Below are positions 1 through 10,571 of a DNA stretch of 64,000 bases, one piece after another. The DNA lies in contig JAOPTT010000002.1 in NCBI GenBank assembly GCA_051531975.1, positions 505,968 through 569,967 on the forward strand, read 5' to 3'. Positions within the stretch are counted from its first letter, which is position 1; the number at the start of each line of letters is the position of its first letter. The translations under genes were made by a program, and so were the position numbers. Below the pieces are notes generated by a model. That model saw nothing but the letters and a program-made list of their open reading frames with translations. It did not search any database and was not told where the DNA came from. Source of the stretch: Spirochaetaceae bacterium (GTDB taxonomy: Bacteria; Spirochaetota; Spirochaetia; DSM-2461).

Positions 1-167
1 GAACTAGGAATCTCTCCAGGGATGTACTCATTAAGTTGTACTTCAGACTTTAGGTTATCAAAGATATTGAGTTCTTCATCTGCAATAACACCATCAACTA
101 TAATTGAGTTATATGCTAATTGTAAAAAACTTTTATGATATTCTTTTTTTAACATTGTTAGATACAT
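1..167 (-). CDS. TerB-like (tellurite resistance/co-chaperone fold) protein, N-terminal part; runs off window edge
   Basis: Hand translation MYLTMLKKEYHKSFLQLAYNSIIVDGVIADEELNIFDNLK resembles the TerB 'FL.LA......DG....E' pattern; ATG overlaps the upstream stop (TAATG at 165-169). Confidence 0.6.
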   Translation of the reverse strand, partial: MYLTMLKKEYHKSFLQLAYNSIIVDGVIADEELNIFDNLKSEVQLNEYIPGEIPS

Positions 168-1108
168 TAGTTAGCTACCCCACAATACCGTTTCTTTTCA
201 GAACCATCTTTATTAAATTCTATTGATATATGAATATCACCATCTTTATAGATAAACTCATATCTTTTTGTTCCATCAATGGTGCTCACACTTTTAATAA
301 GTGAATCTTCTTCATATATATTTTCAATTATTGAATTTGTAATATTATCTTCGATCCTGACGATTCTACTGTCATCACGAATAACTTTAATACTATCCGA
401 ATCGATGTTACCATCCCCTAACAAACTACTATTTAATAATTTATTAAAAAATTCACATTGCAAGTTATTTGAAAAGTCTAGTACCATTAATGATTTGATT
501 TGGTCCATTCTCAACTCATTTAAAACTTTCACTTTATCATGTTCATTACTTGAAAGGGCAGAGAATGAACGACTTATATTTTTGTTTTCTTTATCTATAT
601 TCTCAATTAAACTCTCTAAAGTTATAAATCCTTTACCAATTTTATTAAACATCTCGTTAGACATATTATTTGATGAACTTAATGATTCAAAAAATGTTTC
701 AAACTGTTCTGCAGTGGATTTACTGATAAATTCTAGATCGCTTTTTAAAACTGCAACACTTGAGGATACAGCATTACTAGATAGTTTTAAAGTTTCTAAT
801 TTATCAACAATAGAATCATTTGAATTTTCTATTGTAGCTTCAATAAACTTTTTTGATGAATCGATACTATCAGATAACGTGTCAATTTTCTTAGAAATTA
901 ACGCTATAATATTATTAGTATCTGTCAATTGTTTATTCACATTTAGATACTTTTCATGATAATCCAACTTTATATAAAAGATAAAAAGTATAATTGTTGG
1001 GATACACAACAACATTCCAATTATGGTTGTTATTTGTGGTTGTACTTTCATTACTGCTAAAACAAAACTTATTACAGTCAATGACAAACTAAAGATTGAT
1101 TTTTTCAT
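167..1108 (-). CDS. Hypothetical membrane-anchored coiled-coil protein
   Basis: 313-aa ORF, two N-terminal hydrophobic segments, long Ser/Asn-rich helical region, GGAG upstream. Confidence 0.7.
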   Translation of the reverse strand: MKKSIFSLSLTVISFVLAVMKVQPQITTIIGMLLCIPTIILFIFYIKLDYHEKYLNVNKQLTDTNNIIALISKKIDTLSDSIDSSKKFIEATIENSNDSIVDKLETLKLSSNAVSSSVAVLKSDLEFISKSTAEQFETFFESLSSSNNMSNEMFNKIGKGFITLESLIENIDKENKNISRSFSALSSNEHDKVKVLNELRMDQIKSLMVLDFSNNLQCEFFNKLLNSSLLGDGNIDSDSIKVIRDDSRIVRIEDNITNSIIENIYEEDSLIKSVSTIDGTKRYEFIYKDGDIHISIEFNKDGSEKKRYCGVAN

Positions 1109-1297
1109 TTAAACTCCATTTAAATATATATTATTAATTATTTAATATTAACATAAATTATATTTTATGCAAAAACATTTCTAATTTTTTTTTAATAATA
1201 GTCGTAAATATAAAACTAATATTCTTATTGGTTCAATGATTTCAAAATTATATATGGTTACATTAGAAATTACTTAGAAGATTATCTTTTTTATAAA

Positions 1298-1429
1298 TTA
1301 ATGGACTAATATTTCAGAAAGGGATTTTGTATTATAATAATTTTCTAGTAAATTTAAATTCTCATCATTATTAAATGATCGAACCTGCCTCCATATTTAC
1401 TCTATTTTTACATTATCATAGTCACTCAT
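1298..1429 (-). pseudogene. Remnant N-terminus of a PD-(D/E)XK nuclease-like gene
   Basis: GGAG then MSDYDNVKIE*IWRQVRSFNNDENLNLLENYYNTKSLSEILVH*; internal stop; 'FNND...YY..KS..EIL' recalls PDDEXK_4-type N-termini. Confidence 0.4.
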
Positions 1430-1717
1430 ATTTAATTTGAAACTCCTTTCTTTACAAATATACTTTTTGATACTTAGTATTTAACAATAAAACATAATTA
1501 GATATAAACATCTGAAAGTTTACCATTAAGCCTATTATAAACTATTTCACTAATATTGTGAGCAATTTTTAATCCACCAATCTCTGATGGTTCTATAGGC
1601 GGATACTGTAGAATAATCTTCTTCGTCGGTACATATTTTTCTTAAATCTAATTGGAAATGGAAAGTACTTTTCCCTATAAAATTGTAAATTTGTTTCCCT
1701 AACTAATATAAAAAAAA

Positions 1718-2458
1718 TTACTCCTCCTTCCTTTGTTTAATTCTATAAGAATCTCCACTAATGGAGAAAACTCTAGCATGGTGTAAAAGCCGATCTAACA
1801 TGGCCGTTGTCATTATCTCATCGCCCATCATCTCAGACCACTGATCGAATCCTTTATTTGATGTTATAATTATTGATGATGTCTCATATAATTCGCTAAC
1901 TAAGTTAAAGAATAAGTTAGCTTCTTTCCTATCAATAGGTGTGTATCCTATTTCATCAATAATCAGTAGAGATGATTTCATTATTCTGTTTAATCTAAAT
2001 GCACTCGAACGCTGGTATTCAGATGTTTTAAGTAATTTAACAAGATTAGATGCTCTTTCAAAACATACTTTGTAACCACTCTCTAAAGCTTTCAGCCCAA
2101 GGCTAACAGATAGATGAGTTTTTCCAACTCCCGGAGGTCCTAAAAACATTAGATTTTCATTGTTATCAATCCATCTAAAATCTAGTAGATTATTTATATC
2201 TTCTTCCAGGATCCCATCTACTCTGGAGAAATCAAAAGCTTCCAGTTCTTTAATAGTTGGTAGATGAGCCCCAGCAAGGTTTCTCTTAAGTTTTCTCTCG
2301 TTTCTATCATCTATTTCTATACTGAGGAATTCTTTTAAACATTCCAAATATGACATTTTATTATTTTGTGCTCTATCCAATACAGCATCTAAAGATTCGA
2401 GAATACCTTTTAGTTTTAAAGTTGATAATGCATTTTGGCAGTATTCTAGATTACTCAT
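1718..2458 (-). CDS. istB: IS21 helper ATPase IstB
   Basis: Walker A GPPGVGKT, LLIIDEIGY, IITSN, AMLDRLLHH. Confidence 0.97.
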   Translation of the reverse strand: MSNLEYCQNALSTLKLKGILESLDAVLDRAQNNKMSYLECLKEFLSIEIDDRNERKLKRNLAGAHLPTIKELEAFDFSRVDGILEEDINNLLDFRWIDNNENLMFLGPPGVGKTHLSVSLGLKALESGYKVCFERASNLVKLLKTSEYQRSSAFRLNRIMKSSLLIIDEIGYTPIDRKEANLFFNLVSELYETSSIIITSNKGFDQWSEMMGDEIMTTAMLDRLLHHARVFSISGDSYRIKQRKEE

Positions 2459-4008
2459 AATACACCTCCAATAATACTTATTAGAGAAGTGTAATACTGT
2501 AGGTTTCTCCGTTGTATTTCAGGAGAGGATGTCCTTCGGACTGTTTTAAGAAGTGCTGGTATTACATCTGCAATAACTTCTTTTCTTTTACCTTCACAGT
2601 AGTTGTATGCTTCTTTTAAATTAGTAGCAGAGTAACTATCCAGATCGAAACATTGTTCAATTGCTTCTTCTAATATTCCAATGTCAGGATCTGTCTCCAG
2701 AAACGTCATAATCATAGGATGCTGATCTCGGTAATATCTAGTATATTTGCGATAATGCATTTGGACAAACTCTAGCCATAACTTTGAATCGATTGATTTT
2801 TCTAACTTTACAACAAGAGCAGCAGGACTTTCTGCAAATGATCTAAAGTGTTGTTTATCAATGATAGTAGCTCCAGGAGTGAGGGAGATGCTATGCTCAG
2901 CTACTAAATCACCTGTAATACCATTGTAAATAAATAATTTTGTATCTGTGTTATAGATCCATACGTTCTTTTTTAAGTATTTTTTAGGCACGGAATAGTA
3001 ACAGGAGTTTACCGAGATCATTGATTTACCGGAGACTCTTCTAGACTGTGTATCAACTACTCTTTCTGTACGATATATAGACATTCTGAGAGGCAATAAT
3101 TCTTCTCTTTCCATTCGTATTAGATCACTTGGAATACAACCATTTGCCTGACTGATTTTACCATTTGCTCTTCTATCCATCCAACTCTCAAGCCGACTAG
3201 GAATATCTTTAAATGATTTAAACTCTCTAGCTGAAAAGAAGCTTGTTTTAACATATTTTACAAGGTTTTCAACTTTACCTTTTGTTTCTGGATCAGCTTT
3301 TCTACAGACAAAAAGAGAAAATCCCTGTTCCTTCTTAAAATCAGAAAATGCTTTAGTTAATATAACAGCACCATAATTCTCTTTCACAATCATAACCTTA
3401 TCCTGATCAATAGCTATTTCCTTTGGTATCCCACCAATACAGTCAAAACAATCCAATAAATGCCTAATTACATCTACTGTTGTAAATGGTTTATCCTGTA
3501 CAGACACATATTTAAATCTGCTTGCGGAGAGAACTGTAGTAAAGATATAAGCCTTCTCCCCAGATTGTATTTTCGTCTCGCCAAAATCCAATTGGAGCTG
3601 TTTCCCAAAAGGTAAATCTTCAACGGGAGTATAAAGTCTTACTCCTTTGCTTAAATCGAAGTCATTGGACTGTTTTAAGTATGAAATATAGTTCCTTAAT
3701 GTTCGTTCTCCTCCAGGTAGAACACCATGAATTTCTTCTAAGACATCAAATATTGATGATGTGAAAACCTTATGATTCTTGATACCTTTATTCACTTCGA
3801 GGATAGCCAAAAGCTCATCTTTATATGGTTCAAAAACCTTTATTTTATCTTCTAGGCTTATCTTGTAATCTAAATATTCTTTTTCAGACATATTCCAATA
3901 TTTCCTAACAGTTTTTGGGTCTAAACCAGTTTCTGCTGCAGCATTCATTTTACTGTACTTTTGTTTCTTGCAATTTTGTATTTTTTGATACATATTCATA
4001 ATTATCAC
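2455..4008 (-). CDS. istA: IS21 transposase IstA (DDE)
   Basis: N-terminal HTH, QLDFG, IAIDQDK, PETKGKVE, YSVP; overlaps istB by 4 nt. Confidence 0.95.
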   Translation of the reverse strand: MIIMNMYQKIQNCKKQKYSKMNAAAETGLDPKTVRKYWNMSEKEYLDYKISLEDKIKVFEPYKDELLAILEVNKGIKNHKVFTSSIFDVLEEIHGVLPGGERTLRNYISYLKQSNDFDLSKGVRLYTPVEDLPFGKQLQLDFGETKIQSGEKAYIFTTVLSASRFKYVSVQDKPFTTVDVIRHLLDCFDCIGGIPKEIAIDQDKVMIVKENYGAVILTKAFSDFKKEQGFSLFVCRKADPETKGKVENLVKYVKTSFFSAREFKSFKDIPSRLESWMDRRANGKISQANGCIPSDLIRMEREELLPLRMSIYRTERVVDTQSRRVSGKSMISVNSCYYSVPKKYLKKNVWIYNTDTKLFIYNGITGDLVAEHSISLTPGATIIDKQHFRSFAESPAALVVKLEKSIDSKLWLEFVQMHYRKYTRYYRDQHPMIMTFLETDPDIGILEEAIEQCFDLDSYSATNLKEAYNYCEGKRKEVIADVIPALLKTVRRTSSPEIQRRNLQYYTSLISIIGGVL

Positions 4009-4494
4009 GAGTTTGTCCTTGTCTTAGTTTTGTGGTTATTACTAAGTTATCGGACAGACTCTTTTTTTTATTTCAGTAGGGAATTAAATTTACCGTTCCG
4101 TAGGGAATTCAGGATACCATTTCCACTACCTCTATCAATTGGTTCTGATAAAATAATATCAAAAGAGATTAACTGTTATATGGTTAATAGTGAAAATGCA
4201 AAATAATTTGTAAATAAGTTTAATAAAGTTTTTTGTGGTAAATATGGATTTTATTTTCATAAAAATTTCAGATGGGATTTTCATGAGTTCAGAGATTTTA
4301 TTATAGATAATTTCACCTCTGATAGTGGAGTAATTGGTGATGATATGGTTAATGAGTTTGAACGTAAAAGAAAGAAAGTTAGACTTGAAATTAGAGATAT
4401 TATTGGTAGTACAGATTTTATGACTATGAATACGATCTCAAAAAAATAGTTCTCGTAAAAACAAAAGTTAATAATTAAAATGTTTAAAATATAT

Positions 4495-5781
4495 TTAAAT
4501 AATAAACTTACTTATTCTTTTTAAAAATCCATCTATTTGTATTTCATGTTCTTTAACTATAGGACCATCTGCAAAAAAATGTGTACCGCCTGAGTTATCA
4601 AATAGCTTTTTAGGAAGTATTTTAGATTCATCTATTGTATTTGTAGTTACTGGATAGATCAAACCACCTAGTATCACTTTACCTTTTTGCTGTAAGTATG
4701 AAATATATGTATGTATTTGAAAGAAGTCATCACGATCTAGATCTGTAAATCCATCCCTATATTCCATTTTTTTATATTTTGCATCAAACACACAATAATT
4801 ATCACCTTTTTTTAAAACGATATCCGGAATAATTTTTCGATGATAAAATCTATCGGGATATAGTAAAAAATCAGAATCTACTAAATGCCAGCCATATAAT
4901 AAAAAATGTCTTTTTATAAAACTTCTAACATAGTTTTCCCAGATCTCAGCCATATCCAGAAAAAAACCTGAAATATGCTTATTTTGTCCCATGATATTAA
5001 ATCCTTTATCTGAATTTATTATCTGCCAGGAATAATCCACTACATCTTTAAACTTATGATACATAGGGTGATATTTTATAGACTTGTATTCATGGAAAGA
5101 TACTTTTTTTAGTTTCCCATAATTTGTATCAAACTGATGTATCGCTTCCATTGCGTTATCTGGTATGTTAAGCATACCTAACTGATAATTATGCTTAAGT
5201 ATTGTATGAGCCTGATGTAAAATATTTATTACTGTTTTATCTAACTCTTTTTCCTTATTTGAAGTTACAATTTTTCCATTATTGTAGATTTCTCTTAAGG
5301 TAGGCTTAACCAATAAACGCCCTTTTAATGTATAACTAATATGCTTTATCTGTTTTTTAACCTGTGGTAATCCATGGCGGTTAGCGTTAGTTAATTTTTG
5401 CAGCCAGATAAATGAGATAAGCATTTTTAAATAGTATGAGTTACTTTCAGTATCTAATGACGATGAGCCTTTACTAAATTTTATATTGAAAAGTTCTTCA
5501 AACATTTTAAATAATATAGGATCACCAAAACGCGGTTTTATATTTATTGTTTCTTCTATATTCTTATTTTTAAAGGATATAGAACCAATATACCGCCCTG
5601 CGTACCACTTTTTATCCTGATAATTGAAACTAATTAATGGTTCTTTATCAGCTTTGGTAGGTTCAAGATTAAATACGGATATATACTGATTGCTCTTTGA
5701 GAATTCCCATAAGATATCATTCCATTGCACATCGAAAGCTAAACAGTCTTTAGCCTCAATTAGTTTATTATTTTTTCTCAT
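4495..5781 (-). CDS. mcrC: McrC-family restriction endonuclease subunit
   Basis: FLDMAEIWENY, IIPDIV...VFDAKYK, DFFQIHTY; overlaps mcrB. Confidence 0.9.
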   Translation of the reverse strand: MRKNNKLIEAKDCLAFDVQWNDILWEFSKSNQYISVFNLEPTKADKEPLISFNYQDKKWYAGRYIGSISFKNKNIEETINIKPRFGDPILFKMFEELFNIKFSKGSSSLDTESNSYYLKMLISFIWLQKLTNANRHGLPQVKKQIKHISYTLKGRLLVKPTLREIYNNGKIVTSNKEKELDKTVINILHQAHTILKHNYQLGMLNIPDNAMEAIHQFDTNYGKLKKVSFHEYKSIKYHPMYHKFKDVVDYSWQIINSDKGFNIMGQNKHISGFFLDMAEIWENYVRSFIKRHFLLYGWHLVDSDFLLYPDRFYHRKIIPDIVLKKGDNYCVFDAKYKKMEYRDGFTDLDRDDFFQIHTYISYLQQKGKVILGGLIYPVTTNTIDESKILPKKLFDNSGGTHFFADGPIVKEHEIQIDGFLKRISKFII

Positions 5782-7531
5782 TTAGTAGTATTTTTTTCAA
5801 AATTTCTAATTGATCTTTCTTTTGTTCATCACCTAGATTTCCAAAGAAAGCATCCAATATAGGTTCTATTGATATATCCCATAGGGTTTCAACAGGACCT
5901 CCCTCCTTAAAGATTGGTATGCCCATTATATAACTAGGACGACCTTTAAAACCTGATGCGATATCAATAAGTTCTGCAAAAAAAGTATGTCCTATCTGGT
6001 ACTGTTTCCCCAGATCTTCAATTTCTGTGATCTTTTCATTTAACTGACTTGCATTATCAATAAACTGATCTATTATATTCTCATCAATTTTATCTAACTT
6101 CAAAACTCTCTTCTTTTCATCAATCATAGATATTAAAGCATCAACATCAAATTCATAAAAGAACCATACAAATCGACGACGTAGAGCAAAATCCAAGCGT
6201 TCTAAGGAGAAGTCTATCTCGTTCATAGTGCCTATAATATAGAGATTATCAGGAACCTTTAGCTTAAAACCTTTAATCGATAGATCTAATTCAGATTCTC
6301 TATTTTCTATTCCTGAAAATGCTTCACCAAAAAGTCTAGAAAGATCAACTCTGTTAATCTCGTCCAAGATTAGCACGTATGGTGATTTGTCTTCGTCTTC
6401 ATCTATCTCATTACATAAATCAAGAAAATATCCTTCTTTGGGATTAGTTTCACCATTAACAAGTTGTATTCCAATAATAAAATCTTCATAGCTATAATTT
6501 GAATGTAACTGTAATTTTTTTATACGATTTTTAATCTTTATTTTACCCTCTATAAAATCCTTAACCTTTGTTTTATCATTTTTAATTATTTGCTGATAAA
6601 TAAATGATGTTGCAAGACTATTAGCATTATATGTTTTACTAGTCCCAGGAGGTCCATAAAGAATGATGTTCTTTTTAAAGGTTAATCCTTGTATTTCATT
6701 ATATTCAGCTTTAGATTGTTGGGTATTCCAAAGACCTTTTATTTCTTCATCGTAAAAATCAAATTCGGACTTATACTTTTCTATATTATTTCTTATGTTA
6801 TAGATCTTTTCATCGTTATTTTTAAAATCATCATCTTCAAGCAATGAACTAAAACTATCTACTATTTTTTGCTTATGTCCATTAGAAGATATTCTCTCAT
6901 AACTTTCTGGGTTACATAGATAAAGAAGTATATTGAACATAGCACAGCTTTTTTTAATTTCTTTTATATCATTTTGCCACTCTTGAGTATGACTTGTTGA
7001 TTCATCATATTTTGCATATAGAGCAATTTCCTCTATTCGATTTTTAATATCAGCAGTTTTTTTTAGTTTTTCTTTTTGTAGATATTTAAATATTCTAAGT
7101 ATCGATACTATTTCCCAGTATTTATTTTGTTTATGATATGTACCAGCATGACCAAATCCCTCATCAGGAAAAATATCCAACTCTTTAAATTCATCATTTA
7201 TTTCTATTTCATCAGAAACACATATTTCAACAGAATGAGCCTTACCGTTATAATTCATATCACTTACTGAGAATGACCATAACCAATTAGCATGTGCAAA
7301 GAGCATTTTGACAGCATCAGATGAACCTTCGAATTGCTCCTGAATTTTTTCGTAATAATTTCTTTTATCTTCTTTAGAATCATCAATAAATCTATCAATA
7401 CATTTTGCTATATTATCTTCATTAAAGACATCTCTGGAATCATCCAACATACTATGCCCTTTAATAATAAATTGTTCTAAAAAAGCATCAAATAGTTCAT
7501 AAAGAAATTGATGTTCATCCATAAATGCCAT
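5768..7531 (-). CDS. mcrB: McrB-family AAA+ GTPase
   Basis: YGPPGTSKT, HSNYSYEDF, ILDEINR, GTMNEID (NxxD), DFALRRRF, IGHTFF. Confidence 0.92.
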   Translation of the reverse strand: MAFMDEHQFLYELFDAFLEQFIIKGHSMLDDSRDVFNEDNIAKCIDRFIDDSKEDKRNYYEKIQEQFEGSSDAVKMLFAHANWLWSFSVSDMNYNGKAHSVEICVSDEIEINDEFKELDIFPDEGFGHAGTYHKQNKYWEIVSILRIFKYLQKEKLKKTADIKNRIEEIALYAKYDESTSHTQEWQNDIKEIKKSCAMFNILLYLCNPESYERISSNGHKQKIVDSFSSLLEDDDFKNNDEKIYNIRNNIEKYKSEFDFYDEEIKGLWNTQQSKAEYNEIQGLTFKKNIILYGPPGTSKTYNANSLATSFIYQQIIKNDKTKVKDFIEGKIKIKNRIKKLQLHSNYSYEDFIIGIQLVNGETNPKEGYFLDLCNEIDEDEDKSPYVLILDEINRVDLSRLFGEAFSGIENRESELDLSIKGFKLKVPDNLYIIGTMNEIDFSLERLDFALRRRFVWFFYEFDVDALISMIDEKKRVLKLDKIDENIIDQFIDNASQLNEKITEIEDLGKQYQIGHTFFAELIDIASGFKGRPSYIMGIPIFKEGGPVETLWDISIEPILDAFFGNLGDEQKKDQLEILKKILLNEKK

Positions 7532-7579
7532 TATTTTCTCCTAATTATTAAACATATCTATAACTTTAAGAAATCAATA

Positions 7580-8953
7580 TTAAACAGTTTCTCCATACTT
7601 CCGAACTGGCTCTGCAACCATAGATTCTCTAATTCTTTCTTCAGCTTCTTTAACAGTTATTTGTCCATTCATGATCATTGGTAGTAACCAGTCTCTTAGT
7701 TTTTTTAGATTTTGGTTTTCTTTTAAATTTACTTGAATTTTAGCATTCATTGCATTTACTTTGTTATAAAACAGTTTCATTATTTGTGTTTCTGGTTGAC
7801 AAGTTTGGAAATCATTAATAAAGGAATCAAATAAAAGGTTTTTAATTCCACTAGTTTTACCTTCCCATCCAAATAAAACACCAGCATCGTATAGCCTTTT
7901 CCATAAGTATACGAAGTTATATAATGAATGTTTATCTAGTAGTGTAATGGCTTTACAAAAATTGGAACAAATTATTGGTTCACCAAATCTTTCTAGAGTT
8001 TCTTGTATAATATAAGTCATACGACCAGTAGATTGAGTTGGACTACCTCCGGATATTTCAATAATTAAATCTCCTACTTCTAGGATCTTATGGTTATTTT
8101 TTTCTAAAATGAACCTGATAGGAGATTTTACTTCTGCAGTTCCATTTATACCATTTATATCTGCCCCTCTAATACAAGATACTTGTTGAACATAATTACC
8201 TTGTTTAATATCCTTACCCCAATCACCACTTTTGTCATTCTTAATCCAATCTGCAATTGTAATATTTAGCCATCCAACAGGAATCTTTTTTTTCAAATCT
8301 TTATTGTAAACCATCTTCCCTCCGGAAGATTTGTAAGGTTTACCATTTGCATCAGGAAAATCAAACTGTACAAACCAATAATCATAAATCAGTTTAGCCA
8401 TTGATTCTAATTCTGTATTAATTTTATTGTTGAGCACTATTTTGCAATTCAAATCATTTAATATTTTTACAAGTTTTTCTTGCTCGTTAATCTCAGGAAT
8501 ATTTATAATCATAGTCTTTGCTGAACCAACATTAAAATGCTGTTGAATCGCACCGACTTTATGATTCCCGACATATTTTTTTGCTGTGGAATTGAAAAAG
8601 AATGATAAATAATAAGGGTTTATCTTGTTAATATCTGGTCGTATGATAACTAGATCAGAACAATTTAAATTCTTATACCCTTTAGGTATCACGCAAGAAG
8701 TCCCTGGTTGCCCAGTTCGCACAATAACAACATCGCCTTCAGTAAGAGCTGACTTTGATATTTTTTTATGAAATTCCTTTGACACGTACTTCAATGAATC
8801 CATATTTAATGAGTAAGGCTTTATATTTAAAGATCTTAGTAAAGGAACGCCAACATTAACATATTCCTTAGTCATTGCACCAACAAAACCTACTGTAATC
8901 TCACTGCATAAGTCTTTTAACAGGTAAGAAGAATAATTCTTATTATTTAACAT
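7580..8953 (-). CDS. hsdS: Type I R-M specificity subunit
   Basis: Two TRDs, central conserved region (IPEINEQEK...YDYWFVQFDFP...IPVGW), C-terminal LRDWLLPMIMNGQ. Confidence 0.95.
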   Translation of the reverse strand: MLNNKNYSSYLLKDLCSEITVGFVGAMTKEYVNVGVPLLRSLNIKPYSLNMDSLKYVSKEFHKKISKSALTEGDVVIVRTGQPGTSCVIPKGYKNLNCSDLVIIRPDINKINPYYLSFFFNSTAKKYVGNHKVGAIQQHFNVGSAKTMIINIPEINEQEKLVKILNDLNCKIVLNNKINTELESMAKLIYDYWFVQFDFPDANGKPYKSSGGKMVYNKDLKKKIPVGWLNITIADWIKNDKSGDWGKDIKQGNYVQQVSCIRGADINGINGTAEVKSPIRFILEKNNHKILEVGDLIIEISGGSPTQSTGRMTYIIQETLERFGEPIICSNFCKAITLLDKHSLYNFVYLWKRLYDAGVLFGWEGKTSGIKNLLFDSFINDFQTCQPETQIMKLFYNKVNAMNAKIQVNLKENQNLKKLRDWLLPMIMNGQITVKEAEERIRESMVAEPVRKYGETV

Positions 8954-10571
8954 GATTCAAGACCTTTAAATTATTCAGAATCTCCTTTTCTAAATCCTTA
9001 GATTCGGAAAATAGACGAGTAAAATTATCTTCATAGCTCTTAAGTTTCGTATTGAAATCATCTTGGGTGATATCTACATACTCAATTTTCACTTCAAAAT
9101 ACTGACCAGCACTTAATGAGAAATTTTTGTTTTTAATATCATCATAACTAACAACTACGGAGAAATCATTTGTTTGCTTCTTATTGTTAAAAGTATCAAT
9201 AATTTGATTTTCTTCTGAGTGGCTTAAAACAATTTTTTGATTTTTACCTTCTTTAATCTTTGTACCTAAATTTGAAGCATCTATTAATATCACATCTTTA
9301 TTATTCTCTTTATCAAGAAATAAAATTGATACATTAGTTCCTGTACTAGCAAATATATTTGAAGGCATACTTACAACACCAGCAAGCATTTTATTCTCAA
9401 TTAACCATTGACGAATCTTTTTATCTATTCCACTTTGTGCTGTGATAAAACCTGTTGGAACAACAACAGCGGCCTTACCTGATTTTTCTTTCATTGAGTG
9501 GATAATATGCTGTAGAAACAGTAAATATATTGCCATAGATTCTTTCTTTTTAGCTGGAATTTTTGGAATTCCAGCAAAGAATCTCTCTTTGTTAGCTTTA
9601 GTATCTAGATTATCACTGAAGTCAGAGAAATCTAATTTAAATGGGGGATTAGAGACTATATAATCAAATTTTTCTAAATTCCCATCTTTATCTTTATGGT
9701 AAGGATCTAAAATGGTATTACCTTTTATTATATTTGGAATAGAGTGTACCAGATCATTTAATATTAAGTTTAAACGTAATAAGCTAGATGATTTCTGAGA
9801 AATATCCTGTGAGTAAATAGTACATTTATCTTCACCTATCTGGTGAGCTAAATTCATTAAAAGAGTACCAGAACCCGCTGAAGGATCGTAACAAGTTACA
9901 TTGCTAACATTGTTATGAACTAGACACTTAGCCATTATTTTAGAAACTGCATGTGGTGTAAAATACTCAGCGTATTTACCTCCACTATTGGTGTTATAAT
10001 CCTTAATTAAATATTCAAATATGGTAGCATAGAAGTCGAATTTCTCATGGAATATATGTTCGAAACTAAAACCGATAAGTTTATTAATAATAGCTCTGCA
10101 GAAATCATCCCTTTTATCAGTTACATACTTACTTATATTCTCAAAAAGGTTAATTTTTTCACCACCCTCAGTTAAAACAGAAAAAATTTCGCTATTCTCT
10201 TTTGCAATATCTAAAAGTGTATTATCAAAGATATCTGCAAAATTAGCTTCATTCTGCTTTTCATAAAGTGAAGTTATAAAATGATCTTTACTAATAGCAG
10301 CTGTATTTTCATCAAGTCCTAAAATAAGCATTTCATATTCATCATCACTATATGATTTAAGAACATCTTCCCAATTATCAGCTTGAGCAATCTTTTGATC
10401 GGCTTTTTTTACTGCATGAATAAATTTATCATTAATAAACTTATATAAAAAAACCTGTGTAATTATTTTAAACTCATTTCCATCGTTACCAAGTCCATAG
10501 TTTGCACATACACTTTTTAAATCGTCTATAAGTATTTTAGTCTGTTTTTCAAACTCTACAGTTTTTGTCAT
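8943..10571 (-). CDS. hsdM: Type I R-M N6-adenine methyltransferase
   Basis: EYFTP, YDPSAGSGTLL (motif I), VSNPPF (motif IV). Confidence 0.96.
   Translation of the reverse strand: MTKTVEFEKQTKILIDDLKSVCANYGLGNDGNEFKIITQVFLYKFINDKFIHAVKKADQKIAQADNWEDVLKSYSDDEYEMLILGLDENTAAISKDHFITSLYEKQNEANFADIFDNTLLDIAKENSEIFSVLTEGGEKINLFENISKYVTDKRDDFCRAIINKLIGFSFEHIFHEKFDFYATIFEYLIKDYNTNSGGKYAEYFTPHAVSKIMAKCLVHNNVSNVTCYDPSAGSGTLLMNLAHQIGEDKCTIYSQDISQKSSSLLRLNLILNDLVHSIPNIIKGNTILDPYHKDKDGNLEKFDYIVSNPPFKLDFSDFSDNLDTKANKERFFAGIPKIPAKKKESMAIYLLFLQHIIHSMKEKSGKAAVVVPTGFITAQSGIDKKIRQWLIENKMLAGVVSMPSNIFASTGTNVSILFLDKENNKDVILIDASNLGTKIKEGKNQKIVLSHSEENQIIDTFNNKKQTNDFSVVVSYDDIKNKNFSLSAGQYFEVKIEYVDITQDDFNTKLKSYEDNFTRLFSESKDLEKEILNNLKVLNHVK

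Larger units (their letters stand above)
1650..4128 (-). mobile_element. IS21-family insertion sequence
   Basis: istA-istB pair; imperfect terminal IRs (AATTGGAAATGG at 1650 / CCATTTCCACTA ending 4128); internal repeats TTCCCTA at 1671 and 1695 and TAGGGAATT at 4077 and 4101, 24 bp apart at both ends. Confidence 0.9.

Noticed and set aside
3961..4206. 81-aa plus-strand ORF
   Set aside because: Spans the IS terminal repeat and overlaps istA; a chance fusion
7580..8953. Phase-variable hsdS shufflon
   Set aside because: Only one hsdS; no silent TRD copies, inverted repeats or recombinase seen nearby
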